From the NCBI GenBank assembly GCA_963841015.1, contig CAWJAX010000005.1:533855-597854 (forward strand): a stretch of 64,000 nt of DNA, in the 5' to 3' direction. The translations under genes and the position numbers were made by a program. Below are positions 10,868 to 21,882 of the stretch, piece after piece. Origin of the DNA: an uncultured Methanoregulaceae archaeon. Lineage in GTDB: Archaea > Halobacteriota > Methanomicrobia > Methanomicrobiales > Methanospirillaceae. The notes beneath the pieces were generated by a model. That model did not search any database, was not told the origin of the DNA, and saw only the letters and a program-made list of their open reading frames with translations. How positions within the stretch are numbered: the stretch's first letter is position 1; each line of letters opens with the position of its first letter.

Positions 10868-11142
10868 ACGTTTTTCATTTCGTCAGAGTATAATTGTTTT
10901 CATAGTGCCGGTATTTTTCAAAACCGATAAAAATTTGCGCGTTTTCTAAAATACGGGGTCTTTGGATTGGCAATCTATTTCCCCCCATCTCATGGCTGAT
11001 GTTCTGCTTCGCCACGTAAAATTGTCCTTGCCGGGTATTGTCCCGTGCGGGAAGTTGGTTCCGGAATGAAGCTCGAGTGGTAGCTCTTTTTTCCGATTTT
11101 TTCTGTCTGCGGTAACATCATTAGAGCAGGGGATTGACTAGT

Positions 11143-11436
11143 CTACGCAGTATCGCACTCCTCTTTTCCTTTCGGGTTCAGAGCCTTGTTAATATGGCGG
11201 AAAAATTTCCAGTGCAGGAGCAGGTGAATAATCAATAAGGCAGCGAATATCAGGCTCGTGTTATTATGCATGGTCACCCACTGGTTTTTTGCAATCCCAA
11301 GGTACGTTAACCAGCTGCTGCCTCTCCCGCCACCTTCCGGAAATATGAAATACAGGATAAGTCCGGAAACAAGCGATGGGATGAACATGATCAGGCAGCC
11401 GATGTCCACAAGTGCGTTGATGGTAATGCGTTTCAT
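11143..11436 (-). CDS. DUF4405-like small membrane protein
   Basis: Two TM helices, VSGLIL, W..MH...S......IIHLLLHW His pattern. Confidence 0.75.
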   Translation of the reverse strand: MKRITINALVDIGCLIMFIPSLVSGLILYFIFPEGGGRGSSWLTYLGIAKNQWVTMHNNTSLIFAALLIIHLLLHWKFFRHINKALNPKGKEECDTA

Positions 11437-11665
11437 GAAAACCTCATATCTATTCAGGAATGTGCTGGTAAAAAAATATTTTCCACGAATCCTGCGTATG
11501 TCATCTCCATACATTCGAATCCGGTCCTGGTGAAGTATTGAGATTGAACATATATTTTTTGAGCTTTGAGAGTGAAAGGTAATTTGCCAGTTCCTTTTTG
11601 ATGGGATGTATCGCTTTTCATTCAATTCTTTTATTTTATAATACTTCGTCGGAAAAAAACAGCCT

Positions 11666-11897
11666 CATAGTGGTGTTCTGGCAGGGTTTCCAGTGTCTGG
11701 ATGGGCTAAAGTATGGGGCCAAAAACAGCTCAAATTAATGGGCTTTAGAAGCCGATGGATGAGGTGCAAATCTGCCGCATTTTGGCAAACAGAGCGATTA
11801 TTGGGCTTAACCTCCACACGAACCGAAAAGAAGGAATTATACGGCTTTTCAGGAAGTGGCGGGGGTGTGAAAAAGGGAAATGGAGCACGAAATGGGC
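11666..11897 (+). repeat. Dispersed repeat family R2, copy A
   Basis: Shares collinear identical blocks with 49461-49691. Confidence 0.85.
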
Positions 11898-12150
11898 GAA
11901 TTCTCCCCCGTGTCTGCATACCTGATTTTTTTAGGCATTATTCACGTTCATCACCCTCTGCTGTAATCTCTGGCACAAGGCATTTATACAAATATACCCT
12001 CCCGGGCACGTGCCCGGTGCTCAGCAACCATCTCGCCACAGCGCACATTGAACGGACGTGAAGATCGTTGCCCTGACCGGAATCTCCGGTTTGCACCCGA
12101 ACCTGAACCGGTTATCGATCCTTAATTAAAAAAAAGTGATTGATATGATC

Positions 12151-13843
12151 TTACCTTGACGGTATGATCAGTGAGCGCTCTCCAGCGGGCATGAACTCGC
12201 GGATTGCACCCTTCGCGAACTCGCGGCGTGGTTCGGAGAAGTCGAACTTGAGCGACGGGTCGGCAAACGTGATCTTCATCAGTGGGGATAGGGTCCATGC
12301 ATCTCCGCGTGCCGTAGTGGGCAGGCTGCGGCGATTGCTGCGTATTCTCCCTGGTGGCCGACGTTCATTGCATAGTTCGGGTAGTTCGGTCCACGGAGCT
12401 CGCCGAGTACATCCCTCGTCGGGACGGATCGACATGGAGTTTGCGGAACCGCACTGGTCCTGCAGGTCGTAGCCGAAGAAGCCGAGACGTGACCAGCCTT
12501 CCTTGTGCATGAGCATGGACAAGTACCAGCCGTTCAGGCCGGCGTTGGAGTTTGCAGTTGCCAGTGAACAGGAGATACCTGATGCTGCTGCAAGGACGGA
12601 GGCACGCTGGGATCCACCGAAGTGGCTCTCGAGGGCGGTCGGGTATGTCTCGTACTGCTCCATACCGTAGAGGTTGACCTCGGTTGCGATGTCGCTGACG
12701 ACTTCCTGGGTCGACTTTGCCTTGCCGATGCCACCGTGTTTCTTCTTGATGTAGTCAATACCGTAGTAGGTGTAGTCATCGAGGATGTTGTCGGTGTATG
12801 CAGCGGTTGCATACTGGGTGAAACCGACACCACCGGACATGTAGGATCCGAGCCAGATCTGGTCGAACAGCATGGTACCTGCACCGACGACTTCAAGAGA
12901 TTGCCTTGACGGGGTCGTTGGGGTACTTGCGGTCTGCCTGGATCATGTCGCAGAAGTGTCCGAACTTGATGCCACCTGGCTCGTTCGGGCCACGGGCACG
13001 GCGGGCGGGCAGGATATCTGCCATCTGGATAACACCGGCGTGCTTTGCGGCGAATGCGAGGTCAGCGACTGCTGCCTCACCGGCGCACATCTTGTACGCT
13101 CCGATGAAGGACATACCGATCTGCATTGCAGACCAGCGGGAGGTGGTTCCACCATCGCATGTCCTGCTGACGGTTGTGGGGATGTGCACTGCCTGCCACA
13201 TCGACTTGCCGACCGCTGCCTTGAGTGCGGCTGCCTGCTTTGCCGGGAAGAGTTTGTCGACGTTGAGCACGAACTGGGGCTCGAGGTCGTCTGCCATCTC
13301 GTCGTCACCCGTGAAGACCTTGACGTAACAGTCGTCCACGAGTGACGGGTGAGTCTCGACCATGTGTTCCTGAACAACGGCTGCACCGGGCATGGCGTGG
13401 TTCAGCACGTGGAGGTACTCGTTGATGGTTTCTGGGGTGACTTCCTTACCGAGACGCTTCTGGAGCGTGCCGTGGGCGAGGTCGAGGCCGACAATGATCG
13501 TCCTGCGGATATCATCCCACATCTGCTGCATCGCGGCGTTGTTGACAAAGTGCAGGTCATCGCCTTCGACGAAGACGCCCGTTGCGCTGACTTCGTAGGT
13601 TGTCAGCTGGCGCTGGCCGAGCGGGATACCGCCGCAGTGGCAGCGCTTCGGGTCGTACATGGAGATGCCGCGGTCCATCTCGGCCTTCTTACCGGCCTTC
13701 ATGAACTCGACTTTTCTCGGGGACTGCTCAAGACCCTTGCGCTCAAAGACCGTGGACATTGCCTGGGGGTCTTCGGCAAACTTTGTCTTCATTGCCTTCA
13801 GGAAGAGCTTCTGGGTCCTTTCGATTTTTGCTGCTTTTGCCAT
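12151..13843 (-). CDS. mcrA: Methyl-coenzyme M reductase alpha (frameshifts near 12900, 12410, 12325)
   Basis: [49 protein letters not shown]. Confidence 0.98.
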
Positions 13844-13845
13844 GT

Positions 13846-14613
13846 TCAGGCCTCCTTGGGCATGAAGCCGTATTTAACCCGCAGTTCATGGATGCGGGTG
13901 ATGTACTCAACATATTCGGGGTCGTCACGGAATCCCGTACCTACCATTGAGTGGTACATGGTGGTGTGTGCTTTGAGCCACTTTGCGTCCTGTGCCTTGC
14001 CGACCTTGACTTCTGCGTCAAGGGGTACACCGACCTGGTCCTTGATGTACTTGATGCCGCCGGTCTTCTTGTCGATGACAAAGCGCTGGAGCATGTCGAA
14101 CATCATACCGTTCTCATCGAGACGGAGGGAGTGGCCGTGCACCGTGCATCCACGGATACCGGTGAGTGCTGCATCAAAGAGCTCGGTGTTGATGAGTTCC
14201 TTTGCATATTTCTCGAGGTCGCGTTCGCGGCACTCGACAATCTGACGCCCTGAGAGAGTACCCGGGTCAATACCGCGGAAGCGGTATGCTTCGACGTAGC
14301 TTCTCTGGTAGGGCTGGCAGGGTGCGTTGTACATCGAGTCGGTGAACTGGATGTAGCGGACGCGGTCGCCGGCCTTTGCGCCGTCGGTTGGGGTCACGAG
14401 CTTGCGGATCGGGCATGCGGGTTCCTGCTGCTCTGCGAGCGGCGGGTGTGCACTTGGATAGGCTGAGCCGGGGGCTCTGTGTCCCATAACGAGGACGATG
14501 TCCTTGTCACTGACGTCGCGAAGCTTTTCCAGCTTGTGGGTCGGGTCCATCTGCTTACGCCTGTTCTCGGCGATCTGAGTCTGGCCGGGACCATACTGGG
14601 GTTTGTATGCCAT
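13846..14613 (-). CDS. mcrG: MCR gamma subunit
   Basis: [40 protein letters not shown]. Confidence 0.98.
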   Translation of the reverse strand: MAYKPQYGPGQTQIAENRRKQMDPTHKLEKLRDVSDKDIVLVMGHRAPGSAYPSAHPPLAEQQEPACPIRKLVTPTDGAKAGDRVRYIQFTDSMYNAPCQPYQRSYVEAYRFRGIDPGTLSGRQIVECRERDLEKYAKELINTELFDAALTGIRGCTVHGHSLRLDENGMMFDMLQRFVIDKKTGGIKYIKDQVGVPLDAEVKVGKAQDAKWLKAHTTMYHSMVGTGFRDDPEYVEYITRIHELRVKYGFMPKEA

Positions 14614-14620
14614 TATTTTA

Positions 14621-15256
14621 TCACTCCAATGTTTCCTTCTTTTTCACGATTCTCATTACTGACGAAATGACTTCCGCCATCTTCTCGCGTGTCGGGGTCT
14701 GACCCCGGGTTACACCGCTCACGATGGCCATCACCGTACCTTTGGTACGGATCCTGTCAGCGGGGGGCATCACCACGGCGGTCTTCACTCCCTCTTTTGC
14801 GAGATCCTCGTAATCAATCGGGGCCTGGGAAACCACAATCGCCTTCACATCACAGGCCTGGAGAATAAACCTGACCTTGTGCACCACATGGGAACGTACG
14901 TTCCCGTGGTGAAGGATGGCAACTTTGTGTTTCTCTATCTGCGCGATTTCCTTGTCGGTAAGCCCAAATGAAGCGCCGAGGACGCCACCGGAAATTTTTG
15001 GTGCGTCCGGCGGCACGCCACTGCCGGCATACAGCACCAGCGTACTGATGCTGTATTCAACGCCCTGTTGTCGCAGGCCTGAGGTGATATCGCACACCGG
15101 CTTTGTCACGTGGCGGCGTCCGGGAGACATCCCGACCACAATGACATCCGGGTAACGGCACTCGGAGATGGTGCCCCGCTGGGCAATACCGCCTCCTTTA
15201 CCCATGCCCATCGCCTCGCGGCAGTCAACAACCTGGGTTACTCGACCAATCGGCAT
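14621..15256 (-). CDS. mcrC: MCR operon protein C
   Basis: MPIGRVTQVVDCR...GGGIAQRGT...SPGRRHVTKPVCDIT. Confidence 0.96.
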   Translation of the reverse strand: MPIGRVTQVVDCREAMGMGKGGGIAQRGTISECRYPDVIVVGMSPGRRHVTKPVCDITSGLRQQGVEYSISTLVLYAGSGVPPDAPKISGGVLGASFGLTDKEIAQIEKHKVAILHHGNVRSHVVHKVRFILQACDVKAIVVSQAPIDYEDLAKEGVKTAVVMPPADRIRTKGTVMAIVSGVTRGQTPTREKMAEVISSVMRIVKKKETLE

Positions 15257-15263
15257 AATTTAT

Positions 15264-15732
15264 TTATCTTCCCTGAAGGATTACGGGTCTGGACTTGCTG
15301 GTAGGATCAGTAAGTCCGATGATCGTTTTGTCCGCGTCCGGGCCATACTTACAGTAATCGGAAAGTGATGGATCGGTCTTCATAAACCTGCCTTCCTGGA
15401 TATAGAAACTATAGTCCGTGAAGACTGGTTTGCACGCGGCTTGCAGTGCGGGTATGACGTCGCGGTTCTCAAGCTCGAGAAGTATGGTACCAACATGCAC
15501 CTGCAGTTCCAGATCCTCGTCCCCGACACGGATCGTCTTCCTCATGGTATGAGGATTGGCGAGTCCTTTGGCGGGTCCGTAGGTAATTGTTGCGGGAAGG
15601 CGTGGTCCGTTGAGGACCATGCGCCGGACTACCGGCAACAGAACAAATCTGGTTCAGCAGGCGCTCGGTCGTCTCGGGGTTAAGTAACCGCTCGGTGACA
15701 ATCCGGCACTGGGGGAACGTGGCTTCGGTCAT
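15264..15732 (-). CDS. mcrD: MCR operon protein D (frameshift near 15630)
   Basis: ERLLNPETTERLLN, then GPRLPATITYGPAKG...SDYCKYGP. Confidence 0.93.
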
Positions 15733-15751
15733 TCGTATCCGCTTTTGGGGC

Positions 15752-17064
15752 TTATACGCCCTTGGCAATTGCCTGGATCGGCTTCTTGAATGCATCGAGC
15801 TGCCCGAAGGTGTCCTGGTAAATCTTTGAGGTTGCTTCGGGGCCGAACATCTGGGTGCCTGCATCAAGACAGCATGCTGCTACGATACAGGGCATACCGA
15901 CACCGGCTGCGTGACGGGTAACGACGTGGTTACCGTTGAAACCGCCGGGGCCGCCGCCACCGTAGATCGAGTGGCTGAAGAACGAGAAACCGACTGCTAC
16001 ACCCATGGTACGACCGAAGTCGGAGCCGGGGAGGCCGGTCTCGTGCTCGAGCAGGTCGTTGAAGTAGAGCAGGGTTGCTGAGACTGCCTGGGCAAACCGC
16101 CCGGCACCACAGTTGACCATGGTTGCTGCAAGGGTTCCTGCCGATGCAGTAGGCATTCCACAGCATCGGGTCCTTGGTGTCGTAGAAGATATAACCGCTC
16201 TTGCCCTTCTTGCCTGCCTTGATGACTTTGTCCTCAATGGCACGCTCGACAAGGCTCTGCACGACAGTACCGATGGTACCGGTCTTGCCGTTTGCCTTGA
16301 CAAGGTCGTAGACCAGGTTGTTTGCATTCAGTCCCTGGTATGCATAGAGCAGGAGCTGGGCACGCTCGAACGGGCCGATTGCCATACCCATCTCGAACTC
16401 CCCTGCCTGTTCAAAGGTCGAACAGAGTGCTGCACCCTGCATGGCATTCCGGTGGGTCATCATTGCCGCATGGTTTGCGGGAATGTTACGAAGTGCGTAG
16501 CCGAGACCTTCGTTGTTCTGCGGGATGTTCAGGATTGAGACTACGTTGCCGCCGTCCATGTGCATGGTCTGCGGGTAGGTACCCCAGACAGCTCGCCTTG
16601 ATGTAGGAGCCGTCGAACATACCGACCTTGTACTGGTCAACCAGTGCATAGGTGGTGGCTGCTGCAACGGCCGTTGATGCTGCATCATAGGTTGCTGCTG
16701 CATCCAGTCGTGCGCTCGGGACCTCGACTAAGATCATCTTGCCGCCGCCGACCTTGGTGATCTTGGTGTTGTCGCCGTCGGTGACCTGGACCATGTCCTT
16801 GATCTTTGCGGAGAGTGCGTCGCAGTCCTTGACACAGCTGCAGTTCATGCTGCGGCCGAGAACCTGGTTCGTTTTGCCGCCGATCTTTCCGGTCTTTAAG
16901 GCGTCTTCGATACCAGCGAAGTTGACTGCCACGGTCCTCTTGGTGAGGTCGATGACATTGAGTGCACCCTTGTTGACCAGCGGGCTGATCTTGTCAAGAG
17001 TTACATTGCTCTTTAAGAGCTTACCCTCATCGTCGTAGAGGTCGATTGTGTCTTTATATTTCAT
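15752..17064 (-). CDS. mcrB: MCR beta subunit (frameshifts near 16600 and 16150)
   Basis: [40 protein letters not shown]. Confidence 0.97.
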
Positions 17065-17495
17065 GTGAATTCCTCCAAATTTCCATTTAATTGCGATACA
17101 TTACAGTCTCTGAACGAAAGTGTAACCTAGTTAAGTACACTGGTAATGAATGAAAGTCACTATTGCACGTCCCCTAATGGGACATGAAATAATACCAGAT
17201 TTCGCCATATAAGCATTACTATTTTTTACCGGGATAAAATTTTATATTAAATAAAAAATAATAATCCAGAATGAAGGAATGTTCAAATACATCATATAAA
17301 TTACATTTCAAAGTTTTACGCAGTATTACAAAATAAAAGAAATGTATCACGTATTGCTATAAGGAATTAGCAATTTTTTTTATTTTTTTGCGCGCTCTGT
17401 ATAAAAAATATGGGGTTGGGGAATTGCCCGGGTGCTAAATGGTACCGGACTCCCCCCTCGAATGATTTGCAGTGCATTCGGGTATAAAAAGAAGA

Positions 17496-18296
17496 TCAGA
17501 TCTTCTGGTACAGGTTTGCGTACACCATCTGACCTTTCTTCTTCTTGTGACGCTCGCCCATGTCACCGATGTAGTGGGCGAATTTTGCCTTAACCCCGTC
17601 GACTTCGAGCTCCACTTCACCTGCGGGTTTGAAACCGGGCATCATGGTATCGATCGTGCCAAAGACGTAGATTGTACCGTCGACCATCTGGCCGCCGACT
17701 TTGCTCTTGCAGTTTCCTTTGATGATGACTTTTCCGCCTTCGGCATGGGTGCAGACATGGACATCTGCATTCCCGTTGATGATCATCTCGCCGCCGAGCA
17801 TGTACATGCCGATGTCACTCCCGGCATTTCCTTTCACGAGGATCTTGCCACCGGACATCCCGCGCCAGTCGCCACGGTATGCAGCACCAAGGTAGTTACC
17901 GGCATTCCCTTCAATGGTAAGTTCGCCGCCCTTCATGGCGGTTCCGGCAAATGCATCAACATTGCCTTTGACCAGCATCTTTCCACCGGTCATCCAGCCA
18001 CCGGCGTACTGGTCCATGCCGCTTTCAACAACAAGTTCCCCGGCACTCATTTTGAAGCCGAGGTACTTGACCTTCTTCACATCGCCCTTGACAATAATCT
18101 TCGTGTCAGCTGCGGTTGCACCTGCATTGCCGCTCACCTCGAAATACTTGCCAAGGGTGGAAGTTATGTTTCCTTCGTGAACGTGCAGCTCAGCGATCTG
18201 CGCTGCAGTCTTTCCGGCAAATCCATCAGGCGATACATTGTCTGCCTCAAGATAGAGTGCAGGCGGATTTTTCATGGTGATAGTTACTGTTTCCAT
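17496..18296 (-). CDS. fwdC: Formylmethanofuran dehydrogenase subunit C
   Basis: Gly-rich beta-helix repeats, GAAYRGDWRGMSGG. Confidence 0.95.
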   Translation of the reverse strand: METVTITMKNPPALYLEADNVSPDGFAGKTAAQIAELHVHEGNITSTLGKYFEVSGNAGATAADTKIIVKGDVKKVKYLGFKMSAGELVVESGMDQYAGGWMTGGKMLVKGNVDAFAGTAMKGGELTIEGNAGNYLGAAYRGDWRGMSGGKILVKGNAGSDIGMYMLGGEMIINGNADVHVCTHAEGGKVIIKGNCKSKVGGQMVDGTIYVFGTIDTMMPGFKPAGEVELEVDGVKAKFAHYIGDMGERHKKKKGQMVYANLYQKI

Positions 18297-18311
18297 CTTC
18301 CACACCTGCAC

Positions 18312-20018
18312 TTAGGTTGCATCTACCTCTAAGGTATACGGGTTCGGGACAAAGTGGTGTCCGAGAGCTTCGTAGTTCGCCTGGGTCATGCTGTAGTACT
18401 TCAGGAATTTCTCGTTGATGTCACGCATGACCTGCGGGTTGTCCTTCACTTTTGCATTCACCCAGAGTGTACGCTTGTGACCGTTGCTGACGATCTCTCC
18501 GTTGGTAACGACCTCGACACCACTCTTGAAGACATGGGCACAGCGTGAGAATGCCTTTTCGATGTCATCGGGGTTGGCTACCGGTTTGTCCGGGTTGAAG
18601 TTGTACACGGCAACATCTGCATCCATGCCGGGCTTCAAGCCTCCGCACATGCTGGCAAGGCCGAGCGATTTTGCCGGGCCGGCACGGGTCATCTGGGCGA
18701 GTTCGTAGAGCGAGATCTCGCGGTCCAGCGAACCGATACTGGTCTGTGAGAGAACCTTGTCCTTGTGCTTGAATGCATTGACCTGTGCTTCACGGGCCTT
18801 GGCAGACATCAGCCACTTGATAACCCGCGGGTACCGGGTAAACGGACCTGCGTTGGGGTGGTCGGTGGTGATGTAGCAGCGCATGGGATCCTTTGACATC
18901 AGGGCAATTTCAAGACCAATCGCCCACTGGATGGCACAGACCGAGATGCTCGGGCTGTAAATGTAAGGCACGACACCGGCGGCGGTCTCGAGTTCGACGT
19001 CACAGTTGGCCCACTTGAGGTTGTTAAGACCGGTGAGGTGGTGCTCGAACGGACCGTCCGCGGTCATGGTCGTTGTCTCATCGAGGGTTACGTTGCCCGT
19101 GTCAATAGTGATGTTCTTGTGACTGTTGACATAGTCGGTAACCTCTTTTGCCTTGGACTCAAAGTCGCCCCAGTTGGTTCCGCCATACGAGTGGAACTGC
19201 GAATGGGTCAGGTGCATCACCTGTTCACGACCGAACTTGTTCTTGGCCTTGAAGCCCTCAGCAAGTTTCAGCGTGTCAAGCGTGGTCTCGTAACATCCCG
19301 GGTTCCCGAGATTGTTGGGGTGGATGTGCATGGAATGGGGGAGACCAAGGTACTCGTTTGCCTCGATCAGTCCGGTGACGATTTCAGCCGGGGTGATGTC
19401 GAAGTACGGGACCGGATCGTTCACGGAAAGACAGTTCAGTCCCCATGCCCATGCTTCCGTTCCGCCGGGATTGACAACCTTGACAGCATATCCTTTGGTT
19501 ACCCGGATGAGCCAGGCGATATATGCCGCAGTGTTCTCGACCTCTTTGTTTTTGAGGTATTCCAGCACGAACCAGTTGTTGCCAAAGACCGGGAATGCTC
19601 CCTCGTCAATGATAGGAGTGTCGCGGATCTCCTCGTGCACGTGACGGGAGAACATCGGGGGCATTGCTGCCTCCATGGCGGTCGTGTATCCCATCTTGGC
19701 ATACTCGTAGCCGGTCTTGAACGTGGTAGGGATCGATGCCCCGCCGCCCATCCGCTCCATGCCTTTTGTCGGCGTGCAGGAGAAGAGCTTGTCCTCGGGA
19801 CGGTAAATCCTGCCAAGGTTTACTTTAGGACCTGCAATGTGGGCGTGGATCTCAACGGCACCTGCCATGACGGTCTTGCCCGTGGCATCGACGACCTTTG
19901 CACCGGAACCGACTTTGTCAACGATCTTTCCATCTTTTATGGCGATATCTTTCTTGTCGCCTTTGATGCCCTGGACCGGGTCGAATACGTGCCCGTTTTT
20001 GATGATATATTCTGACAT
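18312..20018 (-). CDS. fwdA: Formylmethanofuran dehydrogenase subunit A
   Basis: EIHAHIAGPKVN, KVVNPGG, TTDHPNAGPF amidohydrolase motifs. Confidence 0.97.
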   Translation of the reverse strand: MSEYIIKNGHVFDPVQGIKGDKKDIAIKDGKIVDKVGSGAKVVDATGKTVMAGAVEIHAHIAGPKVNLGRIYRPEDKLFSCTPTKGMERMGGGASIPTTFKTGYEYAKMGYTTAMEAAMPPMFSRHVHEEIRDTPIIDEGAFPVFGNNWFVLEYLKNKEVENTAAYIAWLIRVTKGYAVKVVNPGGTEAWAWGLNCLSVNDPVPYFDITPAEIVTGLIEANEYLGLPHSMHIHPNNLGNPGCYETTLDTLKLAEGFKAKNKFGREQVMHLTHSQFHSYGGTNWGDFESKAKEVTDYVNSHKNITIDTGNVTLDETTTMTADGPFEHHLTGLNNLKWANCDVELETAAGVVPYIYSPSISVCAIQWAIGLEIALMSKDPMRCYITTDHPNAGPFTRYPRVIKWLMSAKAREAQVNAFKHKDKVLSQTSIGSLDREISLYELAQMTRAGPAKSLGLASMCGGLKPGMDADVAVYNFNPDKPVANPDDIEKAFSRCAHVFKSGVEVVTNGEIVSNGHKRTLWVNAKVKDNPQVMRDINEKFLKYYSMTQANYEALGHHFVPNPYTLEVDAT

Positions 20019-20020
20019 GA

Positions 20021-21337
20021 TTATGCTGCCCCCTTGAGCTGCCTGACCCGGTCGCGGACCTTGATTAAGAACTGCTCATCGGTGAGCATACCCTCGGGTG
20101 CATCGACGACCTTGCGGCAGTCAATGGGTACATTGTCCATACGATAGCAGTTCCCACCGGTTTCTACACCGTTGAATGCCACTGGCACATGCAGTTTTGA
20201 TACACCGCTGGTCGGTGTAAGGTGGGGATCAATGCAGACCGAGGGAATATGGGCGAATTGTTTGACGGCACTGATGGGGAAGTGGGCACCAGGATCACTG
20301 CCTATGGTGAACATGGCATCGATCTCACCGCGTACGAGCAGATCAATGGAGCTGGTCTCACCCGGGTTGTACCGGGCAAATCCTCTGGTCAGGTCCACGG
20401 AATACGGAAACCCGAACTGCCAGGCAAACACTTCGCCGGAGCCGGTCACATTGTAGTGACCCCTCATCGGCATGATCGAGAATTTTGTATATTCGTTGAG
20501 GTCTTTTGTGACGGCAATCGCTTCATCGATGTTATGGTTCTTGCCCAGAGACTGGGTTACTCCCATACCGAAGAAGATAATCCCGAAACGACCGCTCTTC
20601 ATCATGTCTGCGGCTTCCCGGATCTTCTCCTTGGGGATACCTGCAACAGTATCGGGAAGCCATTCTCCCCGGAAGGCAACGCGGAGTGCATTGAGCAGCT
20701 CATAATCTTTGCCCTGTTCTACCTGCAGGTGGACATCGGCGAGTTTGGCTGTATCAGTGACCCGGGGGTCAACAACAATCATTTTCCTGCTCATCTGTCC
20801 CTTACCGGTAAAGAATCCGCGGGGATAGATCGAGTACCGTGACATGTGCCGGGGGTGGGCGTGAACCGGGTTGCATCCCCAGAAAATGATCCGGTCTGCA
20901 CGGTTCTTGACCTCACCAAGGGTACAGGTCGGGAGACCGATATCCTGCACGGCAATGAGGGTTGTTCCATGGCAGACTGCAGCAGTATTGTCACAGCATG
21001 CCCGGGTGATTTCGGCAATCTCGTTCCCAACGCTCTGTGCTTCACAGTTGGTGGAGCTCCAGCCGTACATCAGGGGTTTTTTTGCCTTTGCCAGCATTTG
21101 TGCTGTGTACTCGACTGCATCGTCATAACTGACCTCTTTCCAGGTCCCGTCAGGCTGATGCATTCTTGGTCGGGTAACACGGTCCTTTGACTGGGAGTGC
21201 AGGAACTTCTCCGTCCCGATGACGCAGGCGTTGTAGACTTCGAGGAGCTGTTTTCCGTCATCGGATACAACCACTTCAAGGTCATCGCAAAGCGTCCCGC
21301 AGAAAGGACAAATGACATCCGGTATAGTCTTGGTCAT
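20021..21337 (-). CDS. fwdB: Formylmethanofuran dehydrogenase subunit B (Cys ligand)
   Basis: CPFCGTLCDD, AVCHG, MRGHYNV. Confidence 0.97.
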   Translation of the reverse strand: MTKTIPDVICPFCGTLCDDLEVVVSDDGKQLLEVYNACVIGTEKFLHSQSKDRVTRPRMHQPDGTWKEVSYDDAVEYTAQMLAKAKKPLMYGWSSTNCEAQSVGNEIAEITRACCDNTAAVCHGTTLIAVQDIGLPTCTLGEVKNRADRIIFWGCNPVHAHPRHMSRYSIYPRGFFTGKGQMSRKMIVVDPRVTDTAKLADVHLQVEQGKDYELLNALRVAFRGEWLPDTVAGIPKEKIREAADMMKSGRFGIIFFGMGVTQSLGKNHNIDEAIAVTKDLNEYTKFSIMPMRGHYNVTGSGEVFAWQFGFPYSVDLTRGFARYNPGETSSIDLLVRGEIDAMFTIGSDPGAHFPISAVKQFAHIPSVCIDPHLTPTSGVSKLHVPVAFNGVETGGNCYRMDNVPIDCRKVVDAPEGMLTDEQFLIKVRDRVRQLKGAA

Positions 21338-21338
21338 T

Positions 21339-21752
21339 TTATTTCACCCCGCATAATTTCTGCACCAGTTCAATGCCGAGAAGGATAGGTTCGTTCATCG
21401 CAACGTCGACTTTGACCGGAGTTCCTTTGAATGTTGGCATACCTGTTGAGTAGGTATTGGGGTCGATTATGGAATTTGCCCAGGGTCCCATGGGGATGAA
21501 CCCGACGCCCGGGTGTGGTCCCTGCGTGGTCTCGATAGCCTTCACGATAACGCTGCCATGATCGCTCGTGACTCTCACATTTGTATTTTTCCACGCCCCA
21601 AGTTTTTTCAAATCTGACGCATCAAGCTCGATGATCCCAGAGGCAGTGCGATAGAGGGGTTTTTCCTTACCGCCTTCAATCGCAACACCCTGCTGGATGC
21701 TCCGGCCTGATATCAGGTTCACGTTAATCGTTGCCACTGTATATTCCTCCAA
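21339..21752 (-). CDS. fwdD: Formylmethanofuran dehydrogenase subunit D
   Basis: GRSIQQG, FIPMGPWAN, TGMPTFKG. Confidence 0.95.
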   Translation of the reverse strand: MEEYTVATINVNLISGRSIQQGVAIEGGKEKPLYRTASGIIELDASDLKKLGAWKNTNVRVTSDHGSVIVKAIETTQGPHPGVGFIPMGPWANSIIDPNTYSTGMPTFKGTPVKVDVAMNEPILLGIELVQKLCGVK

Positions 21753-21882
21753 TAATCGGGTAATTTAAGCAAAACAATGTATCCTGCCCGCCATTACATA
21801 AATCCCACCATTGTGACAACGGCCTTTTTCAGCCATTGTAAAAATGGGATGGGGGGATAGCATTGCCACACTCCATACACCC

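Noticed and set aside
12002-12017. Perfect 16-bp palindrome CCGGGCACGTGCCCGG downstream of mcrA
   Set aside because: Single occurrence with no supporting context; function cannot be assigned
13349-14245. Long antisense ORFs over mcr, fwdA, hdrB and katG
   Set aside because: Shadow frames produced by strong codon bias in real genes on the opposite strand
12151-17064. mcr and mtr genes as pseudogenes or programmed frameshift sites
   Set aside because: Essential genes, no accumulated nonsense or missense decay, and no shared slippery motif; sequencing error is simpler
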